DNA from: Octopus bimaculoides
Taxonomy: Eukaryota
Direction of reading: 5' to 3'
DNA length: 46,147 bases
NCBI RefSeq assembly: GCF_001194135.2
Contig: NC_068996.1
Coordinates: 29,222,607 to 29,268,753, forward strand
Shown: piece after piece, positions 11,684 through 23,025 of the stretch
How the letters are laid out: every line of letters starts with the position of its first letter
Position numbering within the stretch: position 1 is the first letter of the stretch
Notes under the pieces: generated by a model
Seen by the model: the letters and a program-made list of their open reading frames with translations, nothing else
Databases searched by the model: none
Told to the model about the DNA's origin: nothing
Position numbers and translations under genes: made by a program

Positions 11684-14467
11684 CACTATGTAACAATTTT
11701 TAGACTTTTGTTTGTCTTTGGTCATTAAGTATTATTTCCTAATTGCTTTGGAAAGCAAAGAATATTATTATTAGTCCCTTCAAACTTTGGTTCTGTGGCC
11801 AGAACATTGATGTTTTAAAAATAATATTTATATATGAAGTTGTAATCTGAATATTTTTAAAGTAATTATTATACTATTTAATGTATATATATAACATGGA
11901 GTTGAACTGCGTTTGAACAACAAAGCAGCATGTAAACATATCTCTATATTTATTTCTAGAACATTCTGGCAACACTAAATGCACTATAAATACAAAGATT
12001 CAGGAAACCTATTGGGTTGGAGCATAATTGTTGAGGCTTTTTTTTCAACAAATTTTATTCAACAAAAACAATAACAATATTTAAAAAAACATCTTTAAAT
12101 AATGGTCTAACCGTCTGCCAAACAAATGGGAAGCAGTAACTGAAGTTGATGGTGGATATGCTCCGGAATAATCACTTAAAGAAGTATTTGTTTCATGTTG
12201 TTATTGTTTTTGTTGAATAAAATTTGTTGAAAAAAAGCTGCAATAACTATGTACCAACCCAATAGATTCTTTAGTTCAACCTACTTCTCGCTGTCAAAGT
12301 AGACACACAGCATTATTGATAGCTGCATTCATCACAAATGGCATCAAGAGGTTGTAAGCATCCAGCAGATGAATTTTGTTAAGAGCAAAAAAGTACTAAC
12401 AACATCTGCTAAAATGCGTGAGGCCTACAAGACATATTTTGGCATGCCTGTTGGGGATCTGGACAAACCCTGGGCACCTCATTTCACCTGTGAACTCTGC
12501 AAAAGAACTCTAGAAGATACGATGGAAAATTTTGCTTATTTGGATAGTGGAAATTTTAAGTGTAAAAATTTTGATTTGTTTCTATTTTTTTCTCCTCTTT
12601 TTAACCAGTGTTATAGAAAATATGTATACTATATTTAATAAAAATATAATATACAAACTCAAGAACCATACAATGACTAATGTAAATACATCTGTAACTG
12701 AATATTTCTTTATGAGTGGAAGATGATGAATGATTGGGAAAGCATGTAATATATTTGTATTTTTATATTCATATTTTTATTTTGCTCTTTTGCAGGATGG
12801 TACAGAGGGGAAAAGGGCCATGAAATTTGCAATCCCACGAATTTGGAGAGAACCAACTAACCACTCACACAACTGCTTCTTCTGCATGACTGACCCTTCC
12901 AAACATCGAGCCGGCATGAATGAACCTGCTATCATATATCCAGACCTTCTGTCATCAATTGCCCCAGTGCCACATTGCCCAAACCTCCCAGTACCCACTC
13001 CTCCAAAGAGAAAGCAGCTGCCTTCAAAAGAAAGCACTACACCAGAAGAGGTTGAAATCGTTGATCCAGATTTTAGAGGTGCAGCTAAAGAGAGAAACCC
13101 ATACTACCCCAATCAAAAAGATCTCAATGACCTTATCAGAGATCTTGATCTCACAAAGTCCAATGCTGAACTTTTGACATCAAAACTCCGGCAGTGGAAT
13201 TTGTTACATGAAGGTGTGCAAGTCACAACTCAGAGAAAGCGCAACCAGTATTTTTCAAGTTTTTCTCCAGTCAAGATAGGCTTTGCTTCTGCCACAATCT
13301 GACTAGTCTGTTTAAGGTTATTGGAATCCCTTGTAAACCCAGCGAGTGGCGTCTCTTCATTGACAGCTCATCCATGAGCCTCAAAGCCATGCTACTTCAC
13401 AACAGGAATATGTATCCATCTTTTCCCTTGGCTCACTCAGTGCAGCTCAAAGAGCAGCGTGAAGATCTTGCTTAAAGCCTGGAAATATGAAGAGTATGGT
13501 TGGGAGGTTATTGGAGACTTTAAAATGGTGACCTTTCTGATGGGTCTCCAAGGTGGTTTTACCAAATAACCATGTTATCTTTGCCTTTGGAACAGCATGG
13601 CAACTGCAGAACACTACCAGAGGCGGGACTGGCCACAGTGGACAGAGTTCAGTGTGGGGAAGAAAAACATCAAATGGGAGCCACAGTTGGACCCCCAGAA
13701 AGTATTGTTTCCTCCACTGAACATAAAAATGGGTCTTATGAAACAGTTTGTTTCGGCTCTAGATCAGGAATCTGCAGCCTTCAGCTAACTTAAATACTTT
13801 TTTCCTAAGCTATCTGAGGCAAAAGTGAAAGCCAGTGTCTTCATCGGACCACAAATAAAGAAGATCTTAGAGTGCAAGCAATACCCCAAGAAGCTCACTG
13901 AGACGGAAGAAATCACAGGCCATAAACTATGTTGAGCTTGTTGAGACACTGGTGAAAAATTACAAAATGGGCTGCAGGATGTCTCTCAAAGTCCAAATCC
14001 TTGATGCTCATCTTGATGAATTTAAGAAGATGGGAGTGTACTTGGAGGAGCAAGGTAAGCAATTCCACCAAGATATAATGGACTTTGAATGCTGTTACCA
14101 AGGATCATATAATGAAAACATGATGGGAGACTATATTTGGTTGCTTATTCATGAAAGTAATTTACAGTATAAGCATAAATCGCGAAAAACTACTCGCTTC
14201 AAAATATTTTGTGCTATCTTTTCTGCAATCCTAGAATAAATAAATGTCACTTTTGAATTATATGCTGTTTTGATCCTACTTTGAATGAATGGGAATGCTC
14301 ACATTTGCCAGTTTTCCCAATGGTATTAGTTAAACTTAAGAAATATCTTTATCCTGGACACAAAAACAAAGTTTGAAGTAAATAATAGCCATTATTCATA
14401 CTTTCTAGACCTAACCAAATAGGAAATAGCATTTGTTTCTGAAAGACAAAAATTGTGTTACATAGTG
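11684..14467 (+). mobile_element. Chapaev3-like (CMC superfamily) DNA transposon with decayed, intron-containing transposase
   Basis: TIR CACTATGTAACA(CA)ATTTTT at 11684 and its complement ending at 14467; flanks TTA / CTA fit a 3-bp TWA-type TSD with one change. Protein remnants: MASRGCKHP, YFGMPVGDLDKPWAPHFTCELC, FAIPRIWREPTNHSHNCFFC, LFPPLNIKMGLMKQFV, GCRMSLKVQILDAH, QGKQFHQDI. Superfamily assignment is from termini and motif resemblance, not a search. Confidence 0.75.
12012..12262 (+). mobile_element. Mariner deletion derivative (MITE) nested in the Chapaev-like element
   Basis: TA flanks on both sides; about 66-bp TIRs starting TTGGGTTGG, similar to Hsmar1/MADE1 ends; core encodes a mariner C-terminus-like RLPNKWEAVTEVDGGYAPE*. 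Confidence 0.88.
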
Positions 14468-15199
14468 CTATCATTTATTTTATTTTTTTTCACCTGTTAT
14501 TTATCTATTGGGGTACTGAATTAATTTCCACACATATTATATCCAGCTACAAATAAATTTTGAGAATTATTCTAATTGCAACAAATTCATTTATTATTAT
14601 TATTATCATCATTATTACCATCATTCAATGAATGATTTCAATATTGTGATTTTGGTTTTAAAATTTTCCTAAATTATTTATTTTCTATTAACTTTTCTTA
14701 CTGAAATTATAATCATGAAATTTATCAATAGGAAAAATTTGATAGAGAAATGGTTATTAAGCTCCTTGCTTATTGTGAACATGCCATGCATTAAGTCTGT
14801 GGATCTCTCTGTCATATACTTTAATTTGTGTCTCAAATATCTGTTGTCACTCAACTAATTTTCGAGTTTCTTTTGAATAGATTAATGTGCTTCCAACTGT
14901 AACCATATTTATTGAGCTGCTACTTAGACTAGGCAGGTGTACACTTACAATGGTGAAGCAGCTGATTTAGTAGGAGAAACTATTGTAAAGGTTTCATATA
15001 ACAATTTTTCTTTCAGTCATAAGCTCTTTGTTTCAACAAAGTACTATTATTTCATGAAAAAAAAAAAAAAAAAACACCCAACAAAAGCACCCCTGTACCT
15101 CAATAGTATTTGAAGAGTTAATGGTGATTGTTGGCATTATTTGTAATCTTTTTTTACTTTACTTTATTTTCAGTGTTTGAGTTCACTTATAATCAAGTC

Positions 15200-16900
15200 A
15201 GGTAACTCATTCAGTGAAAATGCAGACAGTATAGTATTGAATATTTGAAGTTGGGATTTACTACTGCTCCTAATAACAAACAACAGACAATGTGTTTTCT
15301 TTGCGAGAAAGCTTTTTTTAATAAGGCCATGAAGCTATCCAGGCTCTCTGATCATTTAAACAAGATACACCCTGATAAAGCAAAAATTTGTCATACTTTA
15401 AAACCCAATTAGATAAATTTCGCAACACAAAATCTATTCACTCCCTTATGACAAACCAATCACAGAATGTGAGGATGGACTTGTTTGTACATACAATATC
15501 TCCAGGATGATTGCCAGATCAGGAAAACCTCATACAATTGGAGAACAACTCATTTTGCCAGCTATAGAGGAAGCTCTTCGTACAGTAATACATCATCCTT
15601 CCCTAACAGCAATTATCAGAACGATTCCACTTAATATTAATTCTGTGGAAAGAAGAATTGGTGAAATGGCTGAGGACATTGAAGAAATGTTATTTACAAT
15701 ACTTAAGAAGCAACAATTTGGTTTACAATTGGGCAAATCGACTCTCTCAGGCAAATGAAGGGCTGCTTTTAGGATATGTTCGCTTTATTAAAGATTAGAA
15801 AATTGTGCAAGAATTATTGTTTGCAAACGAACTTAAAACAGATACTAAAGGTGAATTCATTTTTACTATAGTTGAACAGTTTTTTGAAAAAAAAAAAAAA
15901 GAATCCCTATGAATAATACAGTTGCTTATGCAACAGACAATGCTCTAGCTTTAACAGGGTGGTACAAAAGCTTTCTTACATTTTTAAAGAAGGCTGTACC
16001 CAATATATTTACAATGTGTTTACAATACATTGCATAATTCATCATCAACATCTAGTTGCAAGACACCTGAGTGATCGGTTTCATATATTGCTTGGTATTA
16101 TTATCACAAAAGAAAGAATTATTGATCTGTCAATCCTACCGGTGTCCGGACAAAGTGAGTTTTCCCGTGTTGAGTCAAATTAGGCGGTGAACTGGCAGAA
16201 GCGTTAGCATGCCAGTTGAAATGCTTAGTGATATTTCGTCTGTCTTTATGTTCTGATTTCAAATTCTACTCTGGTCAATTTTGTCTTTCATCCTTTTGGG
16301 GTTGATAAATTAAGTACCAGTTGTGTACTGGGGTCAATCTAATCGACTAGCCCCCTCCCCCAAATTTAGGGCCTTGTGCCTAGAGTAGGAAAGGTTTTGT
16401 TATCACAGCAATAAATAAAATAAAATGTCTTGCTCTTAATTCCCAAATATTTCGATAACTCTACAACAACAGTGATGAAGAATTTGATCGTCTTTTAGGT
16501 ACTGAGGTGAGATGGTTATTGAAAGGCAAGAGTTTGAAGCGATTTTATTCCCTTTTCAACACTGTCATACAATTTTTTCAGGAGAAAAAATATGATCATT
16601 TGAGTGAAGATCTCTTAACTTGCAAATGTGACATTGCCTACTTTATTCAATGATCTGAATTTGCAATTGCAAGACAGTGTTGTAAATCTTATCAAAGCAA
16701 AATCTGTTATTTGCACATTCATGGACAAGCTTCCACTCTTTAGGCATAATGTTGGTCATTGGGAGCTATGCCAATTTCCAAATCTTGCTCAACTAGAAAA
16801 TAATCATGAAGCTGATATCTCTATATCAGATGATATAGAGATTTATTGTGATCATTTGAAGTCTTTCAATGACAACATGAGCTGTAGACTGACTCAAAGT
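15200..16900 (+). mobile_element. Decayed hAT (Charlie/Buster, ZBED5/SCAND3-like) transposase
   Basis: KCRQYSIEYLKLGF and BED finger CFLCEK...DHLNKIH (15218-15380); IARSGKPHTIGEQLILPA; HCIIHHQHLVA; TEVRWLLKG; many stops and frameshifts. Termini not located. Confidence 0.88.
16109..16399 (+). mobile_element. SINE inserted in the hAT transposase
   Basis: GGCGGTGAACTGGCAGAAGCGTTAGC...TTCAAATTC...CTTTCATCCTTTTGGGGTTGATAAATTAAGTACCAG; flanked by direct repeat TTATCACA (16101-16108 and 16400-16407); the hAT reading IIT|AINKIK resumes after it. Confidence 0.8.
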
Positions 16901-17229
16901 AATAGAAGAAAATGATTGTAGTTTCTGTGTAGTGGCATCAAACCACATGACTACAAAACAAACTTCTTAACCATTTGGCTATGTTTACACTGACATGAAT
17001 TTTCTGAAAACAGAAAAAAAATTGCAATACTCATGACCTCTGAAGGTCACACACTCCTAGACAAATAAAATTCCTGTGATTCACATTCAACTTGAAAATT
17101 AATAGGATGTTTTCAGATGAAATGTGATTGGTGTAGGGATTTCAGTTGAAGAAATAGCACAAACAGAATGTTACAAATTGTGTGTGAATGCGTGTGTGTC
17201 CAACTACAGTAAAGAAATCAAATACCAAC

Positions 17230-19805
17230 CTCATTATTAGTATCAGTAGATGAACTTTGCTCCAGAACTGAGGGTGCTTTACTGACTTCACTCTTTGGAA
17301 CAATCTCAATCTTCACAGGTTTCTCAATAACATCTTTCTTTTTCAGATTAATGTCAGACTTCCAAGATGGTATAGTTTCTCCTGTAGACTGACTTTGTTC
17401 TGATCCTTCCATACTAGGTTTCTGTTTTAGAGAGACAGTTTTACTTTCTAGAGGTTTCAAGTAATTAAGAACACCAATTTTTTTTGGCACTTCTTTTATT
17501 GATCCTTCTTGGCTATCTGTCTTACAAGATGAAAGATCCTTTTGAATGGTTGAGGATTGAACTGGTAATGTTTCTTTGCCTGATGTGGTAATATTGGCTG
17601 TAGTAACATTAGATGCATTAGTAGTAGTTGTAGCAACTGATTTTTTAAGAGGAACTGGGACAGGAGTCTTTCCAAAAGTTGGTTTAGTTATTGAAGGACT
17701 GATTTTTTCTTTAAATACACCACAAGTTTGTGCTGAAGTTTTAGCTTCAAAAAGAGCTGAAAGTCTATTAGTATTATTCTGACAAACAGACAAATCATTA
17801 GCATCATTGTTTGCAGGAACCACTTTTAAAGATGTATTGGACTGGTTATCAATAATTGATTTACTCCTTTTTGGAATGTTCTTTTGGATAACTTTATCGT
17901 TGTCTCTTGAAGATGGTGACATCTCTTTCACAGACATTGCTCTTGTCATATTAGTAGTGGAAGATTGGACTGAAGACTTGGATTGTGAAAATGTCTTAAC
18001 AGAAGAAGATAACTGTTGCCCTGTGATTTCAGCAGACAATGGTCGTTGGACCAATGTCTTTTGTGTTAAGCACTTTGAGACATTTGTTACAGATGTTTTC
18101 TCTTTGTGAGGCAGTTGTGAAACAGAGCTTAATTTGTTTAAAACATCAGTAGGCTGCCCAGTACTGGTACTTGTATTGCTAATATTGGTAGAAGCGGAAA
18201 TAGTAGTGGCAGTAGTAACAGTTGACGTAGTCCTAGTAATAGTTATTGGACTAATGTTTGTGTTTACATTAGAAATGGGAATTGATTTCACTGTGTTTGT
18301 AGCAGAGCAGAGTTTATACGAAAGATGTGGAACAAATGAATGAGTAGAAGGAAGAACGCTTGCTGCAGTGGTTGTTGGTGTACCGGTTGTAATCTCAGAC
18401 AATGCACTGGGACTTTTCATATTTACATTCAAAATTTCTTTATGCATTTTTGGAATGCTCAACTTCTTTTCCATAAGTATTTCTTTGGAACCTTCACTTT
18501 TTACAGCAGTTATTTCCTTTGGTGAATCATTTTGGTCTAATTCTTTATTTGTATCAACTTTTTCACGGAAAGCTTGTTTTTTCTTGGCCATTTGTACCCA
18601 TGCAGGCTCAGAAGAACCATGTGTGGAAAAGTTCTCCTTTTTAAATCTTTTAGCCATCAATATGTCTTTACCTGGAACTGTTAAAGGAGTTTCAAAATTA
18701 CTGCTGTTATCATACTGAAACTGTGATGGAATTAATGACTCTGTTATAGAGTTCTCTTCTGACCCTTGACTTTTAGTTTGGTGTTTTGGGGAGAGAAGTT
18801 CTTTCTGTTGGACAAAATTTGAATTGAAAGATGTACTTTCACTGTTAGGTTTTATGGAGAGATTTAATGAAAAATCAAGCAATGTTTGGTCCTGACTTAT
18901 AGAAGATTCAGATGTCATAAAGTATTCGGTATTTTCCTTTGACAAATTCTCATTGGAATCTTTTACATCTGTACTTAGTTTATTGTCAGATTCAGAATTT
19001 ATAAACAATTTCTTCTTCGGCATGTCATTATCTGGACGTTCAGGTGAGACAGAGGTTTCATCATAATTTGGTGACTCTTTATTAATACAATGTTCATCAA
19101 AATCAGAGTCAACTGTGGAATGTTCTGTAACATCCTGATAATTGATATTAATTGAAGATATTTCTTCTAAGCTCATTTTTACTTCATTTTCCTTTTTAAG
19201 ATTGGATTCTTCCAATTCAAGCAGTGGATCTTTAGAAACATTTTCATTTTCAATGTTTTCCTCCTTTGCATTGGTATTTATGTCTTTTTTAAGATTAAAA
19301 ACTGGTGTAGAAGTTGCTTTGATGGCCTGAAAATCAAATTTTATTTGAGATATTTCTTCTATGCTTTGTTCTTGTTCCTTTTCAGGACTAGATTTTTGCA
19401 ATTCAAATATCTGATCTTTAGAAACATTTTCATTACCATCAGCATTTGTAGTATTTCTTTCTTTAATAATACGATTAAAAGCTTCATTAAGTTCAGGTGA
19501 AACAGAGTGTGTGATGCTAATGTTGGTAGCAGATGATGTACGCTCAAGAGAAACGTTGTCATAAACTGATAGTTTTACAGGTGACTTAGGTACTGGAGAC
19601 AGTTTAAGACTAAGATCAACTGTATCTTTGATATCAACAGTTGAGTTTGTCAAAAAATTCTCCTGCGATAAAGGTTTGTTTGATAAGGTGATTCCTGGTA
19701 TTAACATCTTATTTTCCTTATCTTCAGAATATTTTATTGGAAGTCCTGATGAATCATTGTTACTTTCCTTAAGTGAAGAAATGTCTTCTGAAGTAACAAT
19801 TTCAT
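17230..19805 (-). CDS. CRACD: Large internal coding exon (2,576 nt) of CRACD/KIAA1211-like gene; S/T/K/E-rich, probably disordered
   Basis: Core of the 897-aa ORF; acceptor TTTAATTTTCCAG (phase 1), donor GAG|GTTGGT (phase 0); contains EPAWVQMAKKK, which resembles the EPPW.ALAK.K motif I recall from CRACD-family proteins. Confidence 0.85.
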
Positions 19806-20199
19806 CTGGAAAATTAAAGAGAGAAAAATTGAAATAAACTACAAAGATTTTAATATAAATTATGTTAAATATATAAACCTCAATTTGAGCTATAAAAGAT
19901 GTTTGTGACAAGAAATAACCCCTTGATCACTGCAGAAGAAAGAAGGCTAATGATTACATTAGTTTCTCAGTTACAACATGATATAAATGTCAAGTTTTTC
20001 TTTTTTTCAGTTCAAGACAGGAAATGTTTTTTTTTTATATATATATAAAGTCCTAAATAAGGTAAGAAGCCACTTAGTATAGTATAAGAGACTATAGATG
20101 AAAAAGGAAAACAATGAGATGGAATAAAGTTCCAAAGTCTGGCAGCTTGAATTAAGATCAGGTGAGAAAGTAAAACCAGGCAATTTCAAAGAAGACCTT

Positions 20200-20380
20200 T
20201 CCGCAAGTGGTTTGAACTCAAAACAGAACTAGAACACATATAGCAAGGAATCCTAGCATTTCTGTCAGTTTACTATAAAGAACTGGTACTTTGTCAACCC
20301 TAAAAGGGTAAAGGGTCCTGTATAAGTTCAAATTTTGTCGAGATTTGAACTTAAGAGTGCAGACAGTTGGAACAAATGCT
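20200..20380 (-). mobile_element. Degenerate SINE fragment(s)
   Basis: Two TTTGAACT(C/T)A box-B-like complements and similarity to the reverse of the 16109 SINE. Confidence 0.4.
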
Positions 20381-20463
20381 GCAAAATTTTCTGTTTTCTA
20401 ACAGTTATTCTGTCTCAAGTTTGTGTTTATAATGCCCAATATAATTTATTAGTTAACTTTAGA

Positions 20464-22170
20464 GGTAACTGGACAATTTGCCAGAGGACAATTGGCTGTA
20501 GGACTATTTGCCATATGGATATTTCGCAGCAAGCATATTTTGCCATAAAGTTTAGAAACTTGAAATTACGTCATTATTGCTGAAATGGCATTTAACATTT
20601 ATCTAAAAATAACAAGCTTACCTCAAAGATTCAAAAGCAGAAAGCTTGTTTTGAGAGGTTACTTCAGCCGTTTACATTATTTTTCTTTAAAAGTTGAAAC
20701 TTAAACCCTTACAATGCCATACACTATTAAAAGCAGCAGAGGTTTTGATAAACTCATAGACAACTAACTTTATTTATAGGCAAGAAAGAAAATATGGAGG
20801 CAAGGTCTATTGGAAGTGTGTTGATACAAACTGTAAAGCAAGAGTTCATACAAAACTGAATAGTGAAGTGATTTCTATTTGTAAAATTGTGAGTGAGCGT
20901 ACACATCTGTCGAGTCCTAGCCAACCAAAAATGCAAGAAGCAATAGCAAATATGAAAAAAACTTAAATCCCAGTTAGCTTCAAGATCTTTGATTGGTGCC
21001 GCAATGGGGAATTAGAGGATGAAGGACGCTCTCTTATGCCATCAACTTCAAGTTTATCAAGAAACATTAGAAGATGGAGACAAAAGGAAGAAAAGATCCC
21101 TTCTATACCTAGATCAAGAGTTGGCTATGAAATTACCAAAGAATTTACATGTCTACAGAACAGAAAATGTTGATTTTTGGTATGACAGTTGGATTGCGTG
21201 ATCTAGAAATACATAAGAATTGGGCATGTGATGGAACAATTAAGGTTTGTCCTGAAATTTATTATCAGTTAAATATTCTACATGTCAACATAGGATATGC
21301 ATGCATCCCATGAATTTATGGTCTCCTTCTGAATAAGACTTTTGACACATACAATAGACCTGAAAATTTGATTTTGAACAAGCTAGTTTTCTAAGTTTTT
21401 CTGACAATTTTTCATCTGCAAATGTAACAGGCTGTTTTTTTAATTCCTGTAAAAATATTTACAGAAAGGTGACAGATATTGGGCTTAAGGTGCAATATCA
21501 AACTGATTGTGATTTTAACACTAAAGTAAAGTGCCTTATGGCACTTGCATTCATCCTACCTCCAGACAGTATCGATGCATTTATACAGCTTGTAGATAAT
21601 GACTTGCCACAAGAACTTATGGCATATTTTGAAATGCATTACATTGGTGGAGAGAGAGGCAGGGGAGCTCGTAGATGTGGAGTTCTTCCTACTTTTCCTA
21701 TTGGTCTTTGGAATATGCTTGAAAGAACCCTAAATCAGCTGGATAACACCAACTACGGAGCAAGCATCTGTTACAAATACTCATCCAAATTTATGGAAAC
21801 TTATCAATGTCTTGAGAAATGAAGAATCTCCATCTAAAAAGAAGGTAAATGATGCAGCAAGAGGAGAAACCACAACCAAGAAACAATACAAAGATGTTTA
21901 TAAGTACATACTAAGCATTGTCAGAGGTCATGATCAAAATCAAAAACAACATTATTTCCCCGCAATTTCAATGAATTTATATGATCTTTAGCTTTTTAGT
22001 TTTTTAGCTTAACTTTTTAAATAAAGTGTATGACCTTCATTATTTTTATTTTTTATCTTTCTCTTATGCTTTACTACAAAATGTCCTTGCGGCAAAATAT
22101 CTGTACGGTGAATTGTATTATTGTGAATAGTCCTATGGCGAAATGCCTTACGCTGAATTGTTCTAGATCC
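20464..22170 (+). mobile_element. Mutator/MULE DNA transposon, decayed, with perfect 9-bp TSD
   Basis: TSD AACTTTAGA at 20455-20463 and 22171-22179; both ends are arrays of about 15-nt GGACAATTTGCCATA-like units in inverted orientation; transposase remnants WACDGTIKVCPEIYYQL, GCFF, KVKCLMALAF, YFEMHYIG, FPIGLWNM...TN. Confidence 0.9.
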
Positions 22171-22334
22171 AACTTTAGATACAATAATCAGAATAATGAT
22201 TAACAATAGAGCTGATAATGAAAATAATTAGGATATTAATGAAGTTTGAAGGTGATAGGTAAGTCATGGCGTATTCACCAAATCTGAAAATTTATGAATC
22301 AACTTTTAGTATTTTTCAGCTTAAATTCTCTTAC

Positions 22335-22440
22335 CTAATGTATTAGGCTCAAGGCAGACAGACTTTTGTAAGACATCTCCAAATTCCTGTCCTCCAATAC
22401 ACTGTTCTTCATTTAAACTTGGAAGAGTTGTTGATATTTT
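22335..22440 (-). CDS. CRACD: Internal exon (KISTTLPSLNEEQCIGGQEFGDVLQKSVCLEPNTL)
   Basis: Acceptor TTTGTTCTCTTTTCAG, donor TAG|GTAAGA; 106 nt, phase 0 to 1, bridging the 26133 donor and the 19805 acceptor. Missed by the ORF track. Confidence 0.8.
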
Positions 22441-22629
22441 CTGAAAAGAGAACAAATGTATTGAGAAAATAAATATACTTTAACTTTAAATGTCGAGTTT
22501 GTCATTTAGATAATGACATTTAGGATTAAAAGTTTGAGGTTTGAATGCAGCCATATGGTACTGTGAAATAAAAGTGCAGATATAAATATTGAAATTTGTA
22601 TACATGCAGGTATGGCTTTGTGGTTAAGA

Positions 22630-22975
22630 AATCTCTCTCTCTTCTGTGTGTTTATCTCTCTCACCCTCTCTCTTCTGTGTTTCTCTCTCTCTCCCTCTCT
22701 CTTCTGTGTGTTTATCTCGCTCACCCTCTCTCTTCTGTGTTTTTCTCTCTCTCCCTCTCTCTTTTGTGTGTTTATCTCTCTCACCCTCTCTCTTCTGTGT
22801 TTCTCTCTCTCCCTCTCTCTTCTGTGTGTTTCTCTTTCTCACCCTCTCTCTTCTGTGTTTCTCTCTCTCTCCCTCTCTCTTCTGTGTGTTTATCTCTCTC
22901 ACCCTCTCTCTTCTGTGTTTCTCTCCGTCTCCCTCTCTTTTCTGTGTGTTTATCTCTCTTTTTTTCTGAGATATA
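22630..22975 (-). repeat. CT-rich minisatellite, about 60-bp period built from two about 30-nt subunits
   Basis: CTTCTGTGTGTTTATCTCTCTCACCCTCTCTCTTCTGTGT recurs at 60-nt spacing from 22641. Confidence 0.9.
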
Positions 22976-22984
22976 AACACAGAA

Positions 22985-23025
<41 letters not shown>

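Noticed and set aside
19806-19911. ATG-initiated start of the 897-aa ORF (MSQTSF...)
   Set aside because: The first 35 codons run through an AT-rich polypyrimidine tract ending in CAG; they are intronic read-through.
20464-20550. Short regularly spaced repeats resembling a CRISPR array
   Set aside because: Units are contiguous with no unique spacers, the context is eukaryotic, and they are explained as Mutator terminal repeats.
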